From NCBI GenBank assembly GCA_951406725.2, contig OX597817.1, forward strand, positions 33,046,001 through 33,110,000: a stretch of DNA of 64,000 nucleotides. The letters are read 5' to 3'. The translations under genes and the position numbers were made by a program. Source of the stretch: Octopus vulgaris (Eukaryota). Shown piece by piece: positions 25,818 to 37,247 of the stretch. Under the pieces are notes generated by a model. That model saw nothing but the letters and a program-made list of their open reading frames with translations, searched no databases and had not been told where the DNA came from. The first letter of the stretch is position 1. Each line of letters begins with the position of its first letter.

Positions 25818-26246
25818 TTAAGATATATTTTGTATTTTACTTAGGGTATGTCTTGTGTTTAAGACCATATTTTCCTTAACAGTACTTTCTTTTCTTCAAT
25901 AATTCGTAAAATGTTTTCTATCATGAAGAAAATAGCAAAAAATTGACAATTTGTTTACATATATCATCATCATTATTATTGTAAATATCTTGATTTGAAT
26001 GTTAATTTTCCTGACTATTATCACAATATATCTTGTAACAATGTGATGGGGGAGAAATGTTGTTTTATGTTTGCTTTGCAAAGTAGAAAAATGTTAATGG
26101 AGAGACTTAGTTTTGTTGTGATGGCTGATGTAAGATGTGGATTCCTTGTCTTTGTTCCTGCTACTGAATAACAAATTTAAGTGCCTGGCTAATTGCTGGA
26201 TGATTGTGTTTATTTGTATTTGAAAAGATGAGAAGAAGAGTTGTTT

Positions 26247-26513
26247 TCATCATTTAGCGTCCGCTTTCCATGCTAGCATGGGTTGGACGGTTCAACTGGG
26301 GTCTGGGAAGCCAGAAGGCTGCACCAGGCCCAGTCTGATCTGGCAATGTTTCTATGGCTTGATGCCCTTCCTAATGCCAACCACTCCATAAGTGTAGTGG
26401 GTGCTTTTTACGTGCCAACGGAACAGGTGCCAGACGGGGCTGGCAAACGGCCACGGATGGATGGTGCTTTTTACGTGCCACCGGCACGGGGGCCAGGCGA
26501 GGCTGGCTACGGC
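26247..26513 (-). mobile_element. (GAT)n-tailed RTE 3'-end/SINE fragment
   Basis: Same family as 12625-12903. Confidence 0.82.
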
Positions 26514-27485
26514 CCAGTTAACTAAATATGGATGAACATTTGTATAATGCTTTACATGATCATCATTTTACATCCACTTTCCATGCTAGCATGTGTTAGA
26601 TGAGTCATTACGGCTTGAATAATTTCATATTAGCCCACTATACAGTATATATTGTGTCTATTCTCATAGAATCAACACTAAAACGGTTGATAAGTTCTCA
26701 GCAAAGCAGACATAAAATGACCTCACAACCCTAAGTTTTCTCTACTCATTTGCCAAACACTTTACCCTGTGTACTGGGTGCATTTTGGGGGACATTAGCA
26801 CTAGAAGTTGAATAGCTCACTAATCACTCTAGAGGGTATGTTGCGTTTTATTTTATGGCACTTGTACAGAAGTTGGGGCCCTTTTATTCAGAAAATATAG
26901 AGGGACTAAGTATATTTAAGACCTGTAAACCAGGAAGGAGAAAAGAGAGAGGGAGAGCAATAACAGTAAAATGGACAGAAATTGCAAGAGTGTAGGTGTA
27001 GAAAGTACTTTGTATCCGAGGCAACTACATTTGCACAGGTGACTGAGGAGGGGAATAGGAAAGAGAGTGATAGCAGGAGATAGACCAGAATGGGTGGGTG
27101 AAAAGAGCAAGAGTATAATGGAGTAGGTAGGATTATTTAGGAAGGAGTTGAGAAGGATGATGAGAGTGATCGATGAAAGCAGAGGTGGACAAAGATAAGA
27201 GTAGGTGATGAATGATGCATGGCAAAAGAAATGGTCTGGAGGAGAATGAGCTATCGCTGGCAGTACAGAAAGAGCAAAGTTAGTGTAATGGGTATAGAAA
27301 GTGTGATGCAATCTCTTCTACATCTCCTAAGGATGTGAGAGTGTTGTAGAGAGATGAGAATAATCCAATGCAATCCCTTATACTTTGGTCAAGAAGGGGT
27401 TGAGAGTCAGAGTGAATGAGGATGATTTGACATGCAATTCTGTTCAGTTCATCCAAATTATATATATTTGTTGTTTGTGTTTCAG

Positions 27486-27729
27486 AATTTAGAGAACTTC
27501 TAACTGAAAAGAAACGATCCAGTGGCTCGAAAGATGAGCCAATTAAATTGTATACAGATCACAAACAGAGGCTTTCAGCACCTGACTTAGAAGCATCTTT
27601 GGCTCCAGCCATTTCTTCTGTGAAAGAGAAGAAAAATGACAAGAAAGAAAGAGGTTTTATGACAATGACTTATAAGCCGAAGATCCGGAAGGCTTTGATG
27701 AAAATGAATTTCATCCCAAAGCTAAACAG
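27486..27729 (+). CDS. RAPGEF2: PDZ-GEF exon, PDZ-RA linker (EFRELLTEKKR...KIRKALMKMNFIPKLN)
   Basis: ttcag|AA TTT ... AAC AG|gtttgt; 244 nt, phase 1-2, fits both neighbours. Confidence 0.9.
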
Positions 27730-27840
27730 GTTTGTGTAGCACTTTATCTTTGTGAGAAATATTATCTTTAAGAATCCTCATCTTATATGTATATACATAT
27801 CTGTCTTTAAAGTAAAATCATTTGGTTTGAAAGAGGGAAT

Positions 27841-28127
27841 CATCATCATCATCGTTTAACGTCCGTTTTGCAGCTGCCCTCATCTGCACCTCCTGCCGTG
27901 AAGTTGGTTCATCTGGGATACCTGACAAGAAGAGATCCAGTTTCATTTTAAAGGCATCTGCATCCACCCCATGCAGGTCTCTTAGGTTCTTTGGGAAGAT
28001 ATTGAAGAGCTGCGATGCCTCCTAAGGCCAACCACTCCGAGAGTGTAGTGGGTGCTTTTTATGTGCCACCTGCACAGGTGCCAGACGAGGCTGGCTAACG
28101 GCCACGATCGGATGGTGCTTTTTACAT
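27841..28127 (-). mobile_element. (GAT)n-tailed RTE 3'-end/SINE fragment (variant or chimeric)
   Basis: (CAT)n-CGTTTAACGTCCG start and CCAACCACTCCGAGAGTGTAGTGGGTGC core, with a different sequence between them. Confidence 0.7.
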
Positions 28128-28868
28128 GGAATGTGACTGAAAAACCAATTCACTACAAACTACTTGATGAAAAAATGTATACAGAGAAGATGGAATTAAC
28201 TAAGCTCCAAATTCCTCGGGTGTGGTGATATTAATAAGTTTTAGGACATCTCTATTAGAAGTCTAACATGTGTATATACAGGATAAAACTGCTCTACAAC
28301 TTGTTTTGATTAATAAAGAATAGTGTATACCTAGGCTGCACCACTTTATCTTGGATTTTTTGAGATGTTGATTAGAAATTGTCACAAGATAATTGAAAAT
28401 AAGTAAGATAATTTATTTTCTTACAAGAAATTTTAAAGAAAAGCTGAAAATTCAAAGAATTATTCACCATTTAATTGTATGTGCGTAACTTAATTATTTC
28501 ACCTCTGTATAAAGAAAATTGTTGAAACATGTCAACAAATTGTGATTTTAAATTGTGTGCAGTTAAATTTTAAAATCTTCTTTCTTTCTGGCATGGGGTT
28601 GAATAGATCTACAATACAGTGTCTCCACAGTATATCTATCTCTTTTTGGATCACTTCATCTCCAAAGTTCAAGAATTCAATGTATTCAGTCTAATTTTGA
28701 TAACAGCTTCCCAATAACATTTGAGTATACATCACTGTCAACAATCCCTGACCCTTATACATTTATTTGTATTATATGTCACTACAAGCATATCTGTCTG
28801 TATATGGTTTACTCTTATTGAAAAACATGTTTGACACTCATTCATTTGAATAAATATTATAAAATTAA

Positions 28869-29371
28869 CCCTTCAACATTTAAACCAGCCATCATCATTA
28901 TCATCGTTTAACGTCCGTTCTCCATGCTAGCATGGGTTGGACGGTTTGACCGGGGATCTGGGAAGCCAGAAGGCTGCACCAGGCTCCAGTCTGATCTGGC
29001 AGTGTTTCTACAGCTGGATGCCCTTCCTAACGCCAACCACTCCGTGAGTGTAGTGGGTGCTTTTTATGTGCCACCTGCATAGGTGCCAGGCGAGGCTGGC
29101 AACGGCCACGATCGGATTGGTGCTTTTTACGTGTCACTGGCACGGAAGCCAGTCGAGGCGGCACTGGCATCGGCCACGATTCGGATGGTGCTTTTTACGT
29201 GCCACCGGCACGGAAGCCAGTCGAGGCGACGCTGGCTTCGGCCACGATTCGGATAGCGCTTTTTACGTACCACTGGCACGGCCAAAATATTCTTTCTGTT
29301 TCATGTTCGTCATTTTTAAATTGAACAATCAATTCATTGGAATCTTGAAGAATGTAATGCATGCTAAAGGG
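28869..29371. mobile_element. piggyBac-like MITE, family A, interrupted by a (GAT)n-tailed retroelement fragment (~28891-29281)
   Basis: TTAA|CCCTTCAACATTTAAAC on the left; MITE body resumes at GCCAAAATATTCT; ends GCTAAAGGG|TTAA. Confidence 0.75.
28891..29281 (-). mobile_element. (GAT)n-tailed RTE 3'-end/SINE fragment with internal ~70-bp subrepeats
   Basis: Same family; repeated GGTGCTTTTTACGTGCCACCGGCACGG units. Confidence 0.85.
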
Positions 29372-29524
29372 TTAAATGTTTTATATTTCACTCATTTCTC
29401 TTCCCTGACTGCAAAGTCTTTCAGTTATTTTCAAGTGAATGAAATATACAGCTCATATGAACAATTTCGAAATTGATATTCATTCAGTTCATGACTGATT
29501 TCAATCTCATTGCTTTTCTTTCAG

Positions 29525-29759
29525 CAGTGATAACAGTATGAACCATTCAGATGAAAGCTTATATACAAAACCTTCTCGCAAGTCTTCCACGTCATCTTCT
29601 ACCTCATCATCAACTGCTGGAATGTCTAGCCATCTGTCTATCAGCAACCCTGATTTATCAGTTTCTGGTTTAACAGATGATCCAAAGACAGACTTTCCGG
29701 ACCATGTCCTTAAAATCTATCGCTCGGATCAATCCTTCAAATATCTTACAGTTTACCGG
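29525..29759 (+). CDS. RAPGEF2: PDZ-GEF exon, linker with conserved SNPDL motif and start of RA domain (FPDHVLKIYRSDQSFKYL)
   Basis: tttcag|CAG (tandem acceptor) ... CGG|gtaagt; 235 nt, phase 2-0. Confidence 0.93.
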
Positions 29760-29876
29760 GTAAGTTTCAGTCTTGATTCATATTTAGAATAATTTTATTT
29801 AAAAATTATCTTTTTATTAATTTCAATTAAAAAAAAAAAAATGATTAATTGAATTCATTTATTTAATGATCTACAG

Positions 29877-29941
29877 GAAACTGATTCAAGAACTGTTGTG
29901 ATGCTGGCATTGCAAGAGTTTGGGATTACTGACCCAAGTCG
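29877..29941 (+). CDS. RAPGEF2: PDZ-GEF exon, RA domain (ETDSRTVVMLALQEFGITDPS)
   Basis: ctacag|GAA ... CG|gtgagt; 65 nt, phase 0-2. Confidence 0.94.
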
Positions 29942-30396
29942 GTGAGTTTTTGTTTTCTTTTTCTTTATTCCAACTAACTAAAGTAGAACAAGTTTGTTTG
30001 GTTTTGGTAACTTCAAAGTAACATCAGTGTGTGTGTGTGTGTGTGTGTGTGTTTTAAAGTCTATGGTGTAAAAGAGCTGGGCAAGGTTCATGTAAGTAGT
30101 AATTAAATTGAATTATATTAATATTTGGACTAACCTATGGATAGGGAGTAAACTCCATAGGGGTATGTAGTTCTAAAGAAGGACTTGCCAAGTGTTTATG
30201 GATAATATATATGGGAGGAGATGAGTAAAAGCGTGACAAAGAACGAATATTTTCTATAATTGGTAGATAAGAATTGAATGAAATGGTTGGTTCAGTTTCT
30301 GTTTAATTTGATTTTGATTCTATTGTAGGGGAAAAGTGTTATAACTTTTCAAATTAGGACTGAACAAAAATAGACCTGAATTTTTTTATCATATTC

Positions 30397-30429
<33 letters not shown>

Positions 30430-30433
30430 CATA

Positions 30434-30580
30434 GGCATGTGATTGTGGTAAGAAGCTTGCTTCCCAGCCATATGGTTCTGGGTTCAGTCCTGCTGCATGG
30501 CGCCTTGGACAAGTGTCTTCTACTATAGTCTCGAACCAAAATCTTGTGAATGGATTGGTAGACGGAAACTGAAAGAAGCC
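30434..30580 (+). mobile_element. tRNA-derived SINE head, second family
   Basis: GTGGTAAGAAGCTTGCTTCCC...GGGTTCAGTCC...CCTTGGACAAGTGTCTTCTACTATAG. Confidence 0.78.
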
Positions 30581-30949
30581 TTTAGCATTATATATATATA
30601 TATATATATATAATTATTATTATTTTGGTCAAGTCAATCTCTTGCTACTCTGGGTTTCATCTGTGGGTACTCAATCATAACTCGTCTGAAGATCTTGTGT
30701 ACCCAGAAATACAGAGTAGCAACAGATAAAATATATCATTAATCTCTATGGTATTGTACATAATTTTGGTAACTTTTAACACTAAATGGATATGTATACA
30801 ATATAATCAAAACCAATTGTAATGAATTTATTATGTGCATATTTCCTCCCTCTTCGATTAAAAACTGTTTGAATTGTTGAACAGTTTATTATGGACACAT
30901 CATAGATTTTGAATTCAAATATAAATATGCTCTCCTTTGTTTTATACAG

Positions 30950-31057
30950 AAATTATTGCTTGTGTGAAGTAACAGTAACTCCCGAAGGGTTAACTAAACA
31001 GAAAAGGTTACCAGAACAATTACAAAATCTCCATGAAAAACTTGGACTTAACAGCAG
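30950..31057 (+). CDS. RAPGEF2: PDZ-GEF exon, RA domain (NYCLCEVTVTPEGLTKQKRLPEQLQNL...)
   Basis: atacag|A AAT ... AGC AG|gtaaat; 108 nt, phase 2-2. Confidence 0.95.
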
Positions 31058-31575
31058 GTAAATAATTGTAAACATCTGTAATATTTTCTTAGTCAACATG
31101 TTAGTGTATCTGTAACTGAAGGAAATAGAACAATAATTTACTTTACTATATATGTTGTATAACAATTATTATTATTATTATCATTACTATTACTATTATT
31201 ATTATTATTATTATAATGAAATAATAATTATTATTGTTATTGATGATGATGAGGAGGTGGTGGTGGTAGAATTGTTAGCATGCTGGATGGAATGCTTAAT
31301 GGTATTTTGCCCATTGCTATGTTCTAAGTTCAAATTCCGCTGAGGTCGTTTCGGGATCGATAAAATAAGTACCATCATGTTACTGTAGTCTTCATCTTTT
31401 GATCTGCTTGTGTGATATTTGTGGTAAATAACTGTCTTTTATTATCTCTTTACCTTCTAAATTACAGTTGAATCATGTAGGTTCTTCAAAACAAAATACT
31501 GCGTGTGCGAGGTGCTAGCCATGTCAACTAATCAATGGTACTTTTACTAATGATTTCCATTTTTTTGTTTTCTAG

Positions 31576-31810
31576 ATATTACTTGAAAGACAACATAAGT
31601 ACAGGTACTTTGGTACCTGAAGAAATGATGGGCGAATTAATCAAAGAATCTCAGATTAGCCTGTTACAGCTAAATACCATGGAACTTGCTTCTCAATTGA
31701 CCCTGTCTGACTTTGAAGTGTTCCGTGAGATTGAACCAACAGAATACATTGATGATATCTTTAAAATAAATTCTAAATTTGGCTGTCATAACATTAGAAG
31801 ATTTGAAGAA
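31576..31810 (+). CDS. RAPGEF2: PDZ-GEF exon, end of RA and start of RasGEF/CDC25 domain (RYYLK...[25 protein letters not shown])
   Basis: ttctag|A TAT ... GAA|gtaagt; 235 nt, phase 2-0. Confidence 0.95.
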
Positions 31811-31890
31811 GTAAGTATCTTACATGACATTTCATTTTAAAGTATTGAAGACGCATTAACTTCATCATTGTTTAATGTCTACTTCTTCAT

Positions 31891-32294
31891 AAAGCGGTGA
31901 GGCGCCAGGCGAAATGCTTAGTAGTATTTCGCCTGCTGTTACGTTCTGAGTTCAAATTCCGCCGAGGTCAACTTTGCCTTTCATCCTTTCGGGGTTGATA
32001 AATTAAGTACCAGTTATGCACTGGGGTTGATGTAACCGACTTTGTCTGTCCTGTTTGTCCCCTCTGTGTTTAGCCCCTTGTGGGCAATAAAGAAATAAGA
32101 AACGTTGTGTGCTGGGTGAAATGCTTAGTGGTATTTCATCTGTCTTTACATTCTTAATTCAAATTCTGCTGAGGTTGACTTTGCCTTTCATCCTTTCGGG
32201 GTCGATAAATTAAGTACCAGTTGCATACTGGGGTCAATGTAATCGGCTGGCCCCCTCCTCCAAAATTTCGGGCTTTGTGCCTAGAGTAGAAAAT
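31891..32294 (+). mobile_element. Dimeric or nested tRNA-derived SINE (same family as 2438-2876)
   Basis: Two GTTCAAATTC...CTTTCATCCTTTCGGGG units; flanked by imperfect TAATGTCTA..TTCATAA direct repeats. Confidence 0.85.
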
Positions 32295-32570
32295 AATGTC
32301 TATTTTTTTCATAATTGCTTTTGTTGAAGCAAATTTTCTGACCTGATGTCCTTAACTAAATATACATTTCAAAGTTTTCTATTTTTTAAAATCTATTTAT
32401 AAAAATATGAATAGCTGTATGTGGTGATTGAAACATTAGCTTATGTGGAATGGGGGTACCCAACTTTGTATAAAAGACCTATGGTTTACTTTCTAAAATA
32501 TATATCTTTTGTTACAAACTGCAAATTTGTTCTACTTCATTAGTTAATATTTTGTTTTGCTTTTCTTCAG

Positions 32571-32670
32571 CTTGCAAACCGGGAAATGTTTTGGGTGGTA
32601 TCGGAAGTCTGCAGTGAAACTAATCCCGTTAAACGAATGAAAATATTAAAGCATTTCATCAAAATAGCGA
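32571..32670 (+). CDS. RAPGEF2: PDZ-GEF exon, RasGEF domain ([14 protein letters not shown]...[13 protein letters not shown])
   Basis: cttcag|CTT ... GCG A|gtaagt; 100 nt, phase 0-1. Confidence 0.95.
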
Positions 32671-33542
32671 GTAAGTTTTCTAAATTTATATCATGAATGC
32701 AGAAAATTTGTATTGCTCTCACCTTGTCTTTCTTTTGTTATTGATGCTGGTAGAACCGTTAGCACATCAGACAAAATACTTTGCAGCATTTCTCCTGGTT
32801 CTTTACACACTGAATCCAAATAGCACCAAGTTCAACTTGGCCTTTCATCTTTTCAGGGCCAATAAAATACCAGTCAAATACTGAGGTTGATGTAATTGAT
32901 TTGTCCCCATCCCTCCTCTCAAAATTGCTGGCCTTGTGCCAAAATTAGAATTATTTTTTCTCTCTCTTCATTCTCTTTCATTTTCTTTTCATTCTCTCTC
33001 TCTTTCACTCCTTTGTTTGTCTGTCTGTCTCTATCTTATTTACAAATGCTTTATCATATTTCAGCTGAAGATTGTAATGTCAGCATCACAATTTGTGGTG
33101 GTAGTGGTGATGACAATCATAACCAGTAACAAGAGATTAAAATTTCTATTTATTTGTATTACAACTCATCATTCAAATAGTAAAACATGCACACACACAC
33201 ATACACACATTCATATAGGCAGATATACATTTACAATTATTTTCAAACCTATAGTTTCACTTTCATAAATGTACATTGAATCCCATGTAAACAGATCTGA
33301 CAATGTACACATTTTCAGAATTACACAATTTTCAAATCTGTAATTACATTCACAATACAGACTGGTGGATGATTGCTTCTAATATTTTAAAATCTTAGTG
33401 TCATCTAGCTGTTATAGACTCATTGATTATTTGCTAAATCAAATGTCCTATTTTTTTGCAAGTAATTACCATTTCTAATTATTTTAGAAATTCAATCTAT
33501 ATTTCTAGTTTATCTCTGTTAATTACATTTTCTCTTTTCCAG

Positions 33543-33670
33543 AACATTGCAAAGATTGTAAAAACTTCAATTCTATGTATGCTATCATTGGGGGTCTTGG
33601 ACATGGTGCAGTATCAAGACTTAGGAACACATGGGATAAACTACCCAATAAATATCAGAAGATGTTTCAG
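33543..33670 (+). CDS. RAPGEF2: PDZ-GEF exon, RasGEF domain (HCKDCKNFNSMYAIIGGL...VSRLRNTWDKLP)
   Basis: ttccag|AA CAT ... CAG|gtaaga; 128 nt, phase 1-0. Confidence 0.95.
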
Positions 33671-34297
33671 GTAAGAAAGTGGAAATATTTAACCCAAGAT
33701 AACCAAGATTTCTTACAAAATCAATTTGGTTATATTAGATTTCAGTTTTGTTTTCTTTTTAGAATCTAAATCAACAAACATTGTTTATTTTAAATTACCA
33801 AGTTTGCCTGTGTATAAGACATGATGTTTTTAAAAAGTAGAAAAATAAAAAAATCCTTTTAAAATTACTATGTATCTAATGTGACTGTATTATAGGTGAG
33901 AGGCTGAGTGTCATAGACTAAGGAGCTGGATAAGCATAAGTCTGCTAGACATAATAATTGCTATTAATAATAATCTATTGAAAACAAGGTGAAATATCAG
34001 TCTGTTACCACTAACATAGAAAAATTGCTTATGATACATTGGCAGTTATATGAAAGGGCTACATCATCTCATTACACCTCTTCTTCTAGGATATGTAACC
34101 CACGCCTGATATATGGCTTACATTATTTAATAACTAATACCTTTAAGAAACATTTTAATTATTTAAATGAAACTTCTTCTAGAAAGCTGAAAGGAATGTT
34201 CAACTTTCACCTGTCTAATTAGATGGCTGCAAATACTGCCCCAGCCAACATAGATAAGTGAATAAAGTTAAATAAATCTGATGTTTAAACATTGCAG

Positions 34298-34381
34298 GAT
34301 CTTCAAGAGTTAATGAATCCTTCACGTAATATGGCCAAGTACAGAACCTTGATTAGTCCTGAAAATACACAACCCCCAATG
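34298..34381 (+). CDS. RAPGEF2: PDZ-GEF exon, RasGEF domain ([16 protein letters not shown]...QPPM)
   Basis: ttgcag|GAT ... ATG|gtgagt; 84 nt, phase 0-0. Confidence 0.95.
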
Positions 34382-34802
34382 GTGAGTAAATTGTTAAATA
34401 TTGAAGTCCCAACATTGATTTTGTTTTTATGCTTTCTATTTTCTTAATGTTTATTTTATCATGCAGTTTTTGCATGTTGCAAACAGCAGCTAAAAGCATT
34501 AACATTTGTAAGCACATTTAACCATAAAAGACTGCCTCAAAAATTCCCAACCTAGCGTGGAAAGGCTATATAAAAATGATATGTGTGTGTGGTCTTTTAC
34601 AAGCTGAGAAACTATAGGAATTAGTTGAGGCTAGAATTTTGTGCCAAAGTAAATTCTGTAATTTGATATGTGCTTTTGTATGAAACTTATGACTTTTGAG
34701 TAACTCCTTATAGCTTATAAAGATTATATATAGTATGGTTTATATATTGAGTTCTCTTTCTTCCATTCGTAAGACTGTGTATCTGTTTGTGTGTACACAC
34801 AC

Positions 34803-34985
34803 ATCATTATCATCATCATCATCATCATTTAATGTCCATTGTTCATACTGGCCTGGGTTGGATGGTTTGGCCAGGGTTGGTAAGCTGGCAGGCTGCACCA
34901 AATTCCAGTCTAATTCAGCATGGTTTTCTATGGCTGGATACCCTTCCTAATGCCAACCACTCTGATAGTGTAATGGGTACTTTTA
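34803..34985 (-). mobile_element. (GAT)n-tailed RTE 3'-end/SINE fragment (older)
   Basis: Same family, more diverged. Confidence 0.72.
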
Positions 34986-35057
34986 TATATTAGAAATAAA
35001 GATATATATATATATATATGTTTGCAGTTACTTATATTCTTTATTCTTCTCTTTCAG

Positions 35058-35204
35058 TTGCCTTTCTTCCCCGTTATCAAGAAAGATCTGACATTTATTC
35101 ACTTTGGCAATGATTCTATGGTAGATGGCTTAATCAATTTTGAGAAATTGCGTATGATTGCTAAAGAAATCCGCCATATATGTGACATGTGTTCTGCACG
35201 ATAT
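35058..35204 (+). CDS. RAPGEF2: PDZ-GEF exon, RasGEF helical hairpin ([39 protein letters not shown])
   Basis: tttcag|TTG ... TAT|gtaagt; 147 nt, phase 0-0. Confidence 0.96.
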
Positions 35205-36350
35205 GTAAGTCTGAAATCTTTGCAAAAAATTTTTTTTTGATCCTGATTTTTCTCAAAGCAGCTAGTCATTTTTTATTTCTAATTTTGGAATATATTAAAT
35301 CACATAACAGATGAATATCATTCCCTCTCACTCTTTTTATTATAGTTTTTATTATTAAACACTGATAGAATAAGTACTAGGCTTACAAAGAATAAGTCCT
35401 GGGGTTGATTTGCTCAACTAAAGGTGGTGCTCCAGCATGGCTACAGTCAAATGACTGAAACAAGTAAAACGTAAACAAAATTGGTAGAGCTTTGAGCTTG
35501 ACACCTTGCAGTATTATTTTATTCTGAGCACAATTTTCACAAGGTTCAGCTGTACCTTTTGTACTTGAAGGATTAATAAAATTACACTAATCAAGATCAA
35601 GTACCAGGGTTGATTTAATTGACTATATCCACCCCACTCCCACCTCAACACCTGTAACCTGTGCCCATGGCACAAACCACTCACATGAAGGACACATCAA
35701 TGCCTTCCTATTTTTATTGTACATTTTGACAGTTACATATGTTTATATTCAAACTTAATACATGCTTTGTTAGAAATCATAGTGCATTTAAGGGTCATGG
35801 TACAAGTATTTGCTGGAATGTTCTTATATCTATTTTTATAAGGAGCCTATTGACCTCTTTACTGAAGCTATTATATATCATTTCAGTTGTATCAAATCAA
35901 TTGCATAGTGGATGATGCATACACTTTTTGTCTGCCATGCACATAATATGGTCCCTAAATTTTACTGACATGATAAAATCTCAATTTCAAACACAATACA
36001 CCACCATCACACACAGTTGTAAATAAAACTTAACTTTAATATCTGGACACAAAATGTTCTCTGATACCCAGTGCTCTCCTACCATCTTCTCTTTTTGTAG
36101 TTTACAATTGTTTGATCTTAGGTTTATCCATGTGATATGTGATGTTCTTTAAACAGAATACTGGTGTTACAGCCTATAAAGTCTGTTACAGTCCATACAG
36201 CAAAGCCATATGCTACAGGTCTGTTAAATTCTATATGACAAAACATATGATATTGCAAATACGTTAATGATATTGATATGTCTCTGCTAGTTAAATGAAT
36301 TTTTAATGTTATTAGTGTTATTATTTGGTATTATTATTATTATTATCCAG

Positions 36351-36482
36351 GATGTAAGCAATATGTGTCTGAATGCACACACTGTCTATGGCAGTTCAAC
36401 TATCTCAGGTGTTGCAACACTTAAAAGAACTAAAAACCGAAGAGGATCAGCAGTGCCGAATGCTAAAAAGATGTATGAGGAG
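36351..36482 (+). CDS. RAPGEF2: PDZ-GEF exon (DVSNMCL...RRGSAVPNAKKMYEE)
   Basis: atccag|GAT ... GAG|gtaagt; 132 nt, phase 0-0; conserved NAKK(L/M)YE motif. Confidence 0.94.
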
Positions 36483-36833
36483 GTAAGTCTTTTTCTTTCT
36501 GTTGAGCTTGTTAAACCTTTTATTAGCATAATTCTGTTGAAATGCACTGTCTTTAATTTTGAAAGCAAAGAATTTGTTTATAAGCTAGTGTTTGCAACAT
36601 AACATGATATATTTTGATTAGCAGTTGTAATTTAGATCTCATTAAAACAAAGTTTGCTCCATAGAACTAGGGGTGATTTCAGTTAAATTGGTGTCAGAAG
36701 GATTAAATCTTTTTTTTCTTTTTTGACCATTGTTTGTGGCAAATTTTTCTAAATCCCTTTTAATTAGAACTGCACTCATTTTAGAAACTTGCCATGAGTC
36801 AAAATTTTTGGTTCTTTGACTATAGGTATTCTA

Positions 36834-37083
36834 CATCATCATCATCATCGTCGTTTAACGTCTGCTTTCCATACTAGCATGGGTTGGACGATTTGACTGA
36901 GGTCTAGCGAACCAGATGGCTACATCAGGCTTCAATCTTGATCTGGCAGAGTTTCTGCAGCTGGATGCCCTTCCTAACACCAACCACTCTGAGAGTGTAG
37001 TGGCTGCTTTTACGAGGGCCAGTCAGGCAGTACTGGCAATGACCTTGCTCGAATCTTTTACACATGCCACCGGCACAGGTGCC
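36834..37083 (-). mobile_element. (GAT)n-tailed RTE 3'-end/SINE fragment
   Basis: Same family; ends about 65 nt upstream of the exon at 37148. Confidence 0.82.
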
Positions 37084-37147
37084 TATATTTAATGTATTTT
37101 TGATGACAGTGAAGAAATGATTATTTTCTCTTTTTCTTATTTTCCAG

Positions 37148-37247
37148 GCTCAGATGATCAAACGTGTTAAATCGTACTTGAATAAAATGCCAGTGATAAC
37201 TGATGAAGACAAATTGCAGGAGTTGTCCCTTCAGTGTGAACCTCCTC
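37148..37247 (+). CDS. RAPGEF2: PDZ-GEF exon, end of RasGEF domain (AQMIKRVKSYL...DEDKLQELSLQCEPP)
   Basis: ttccag|GCT ... CCT C|gtaagt; 100 nt, phase 0-1. Confidence 0.95.

Noticed and set aside
26916-27311. 131-aa minus-strand ORF
   Set aside because: Arises from a GA-rich degenerate stretch giving Leu/Ser/Pro bias; no recognisable domain or splice structure.
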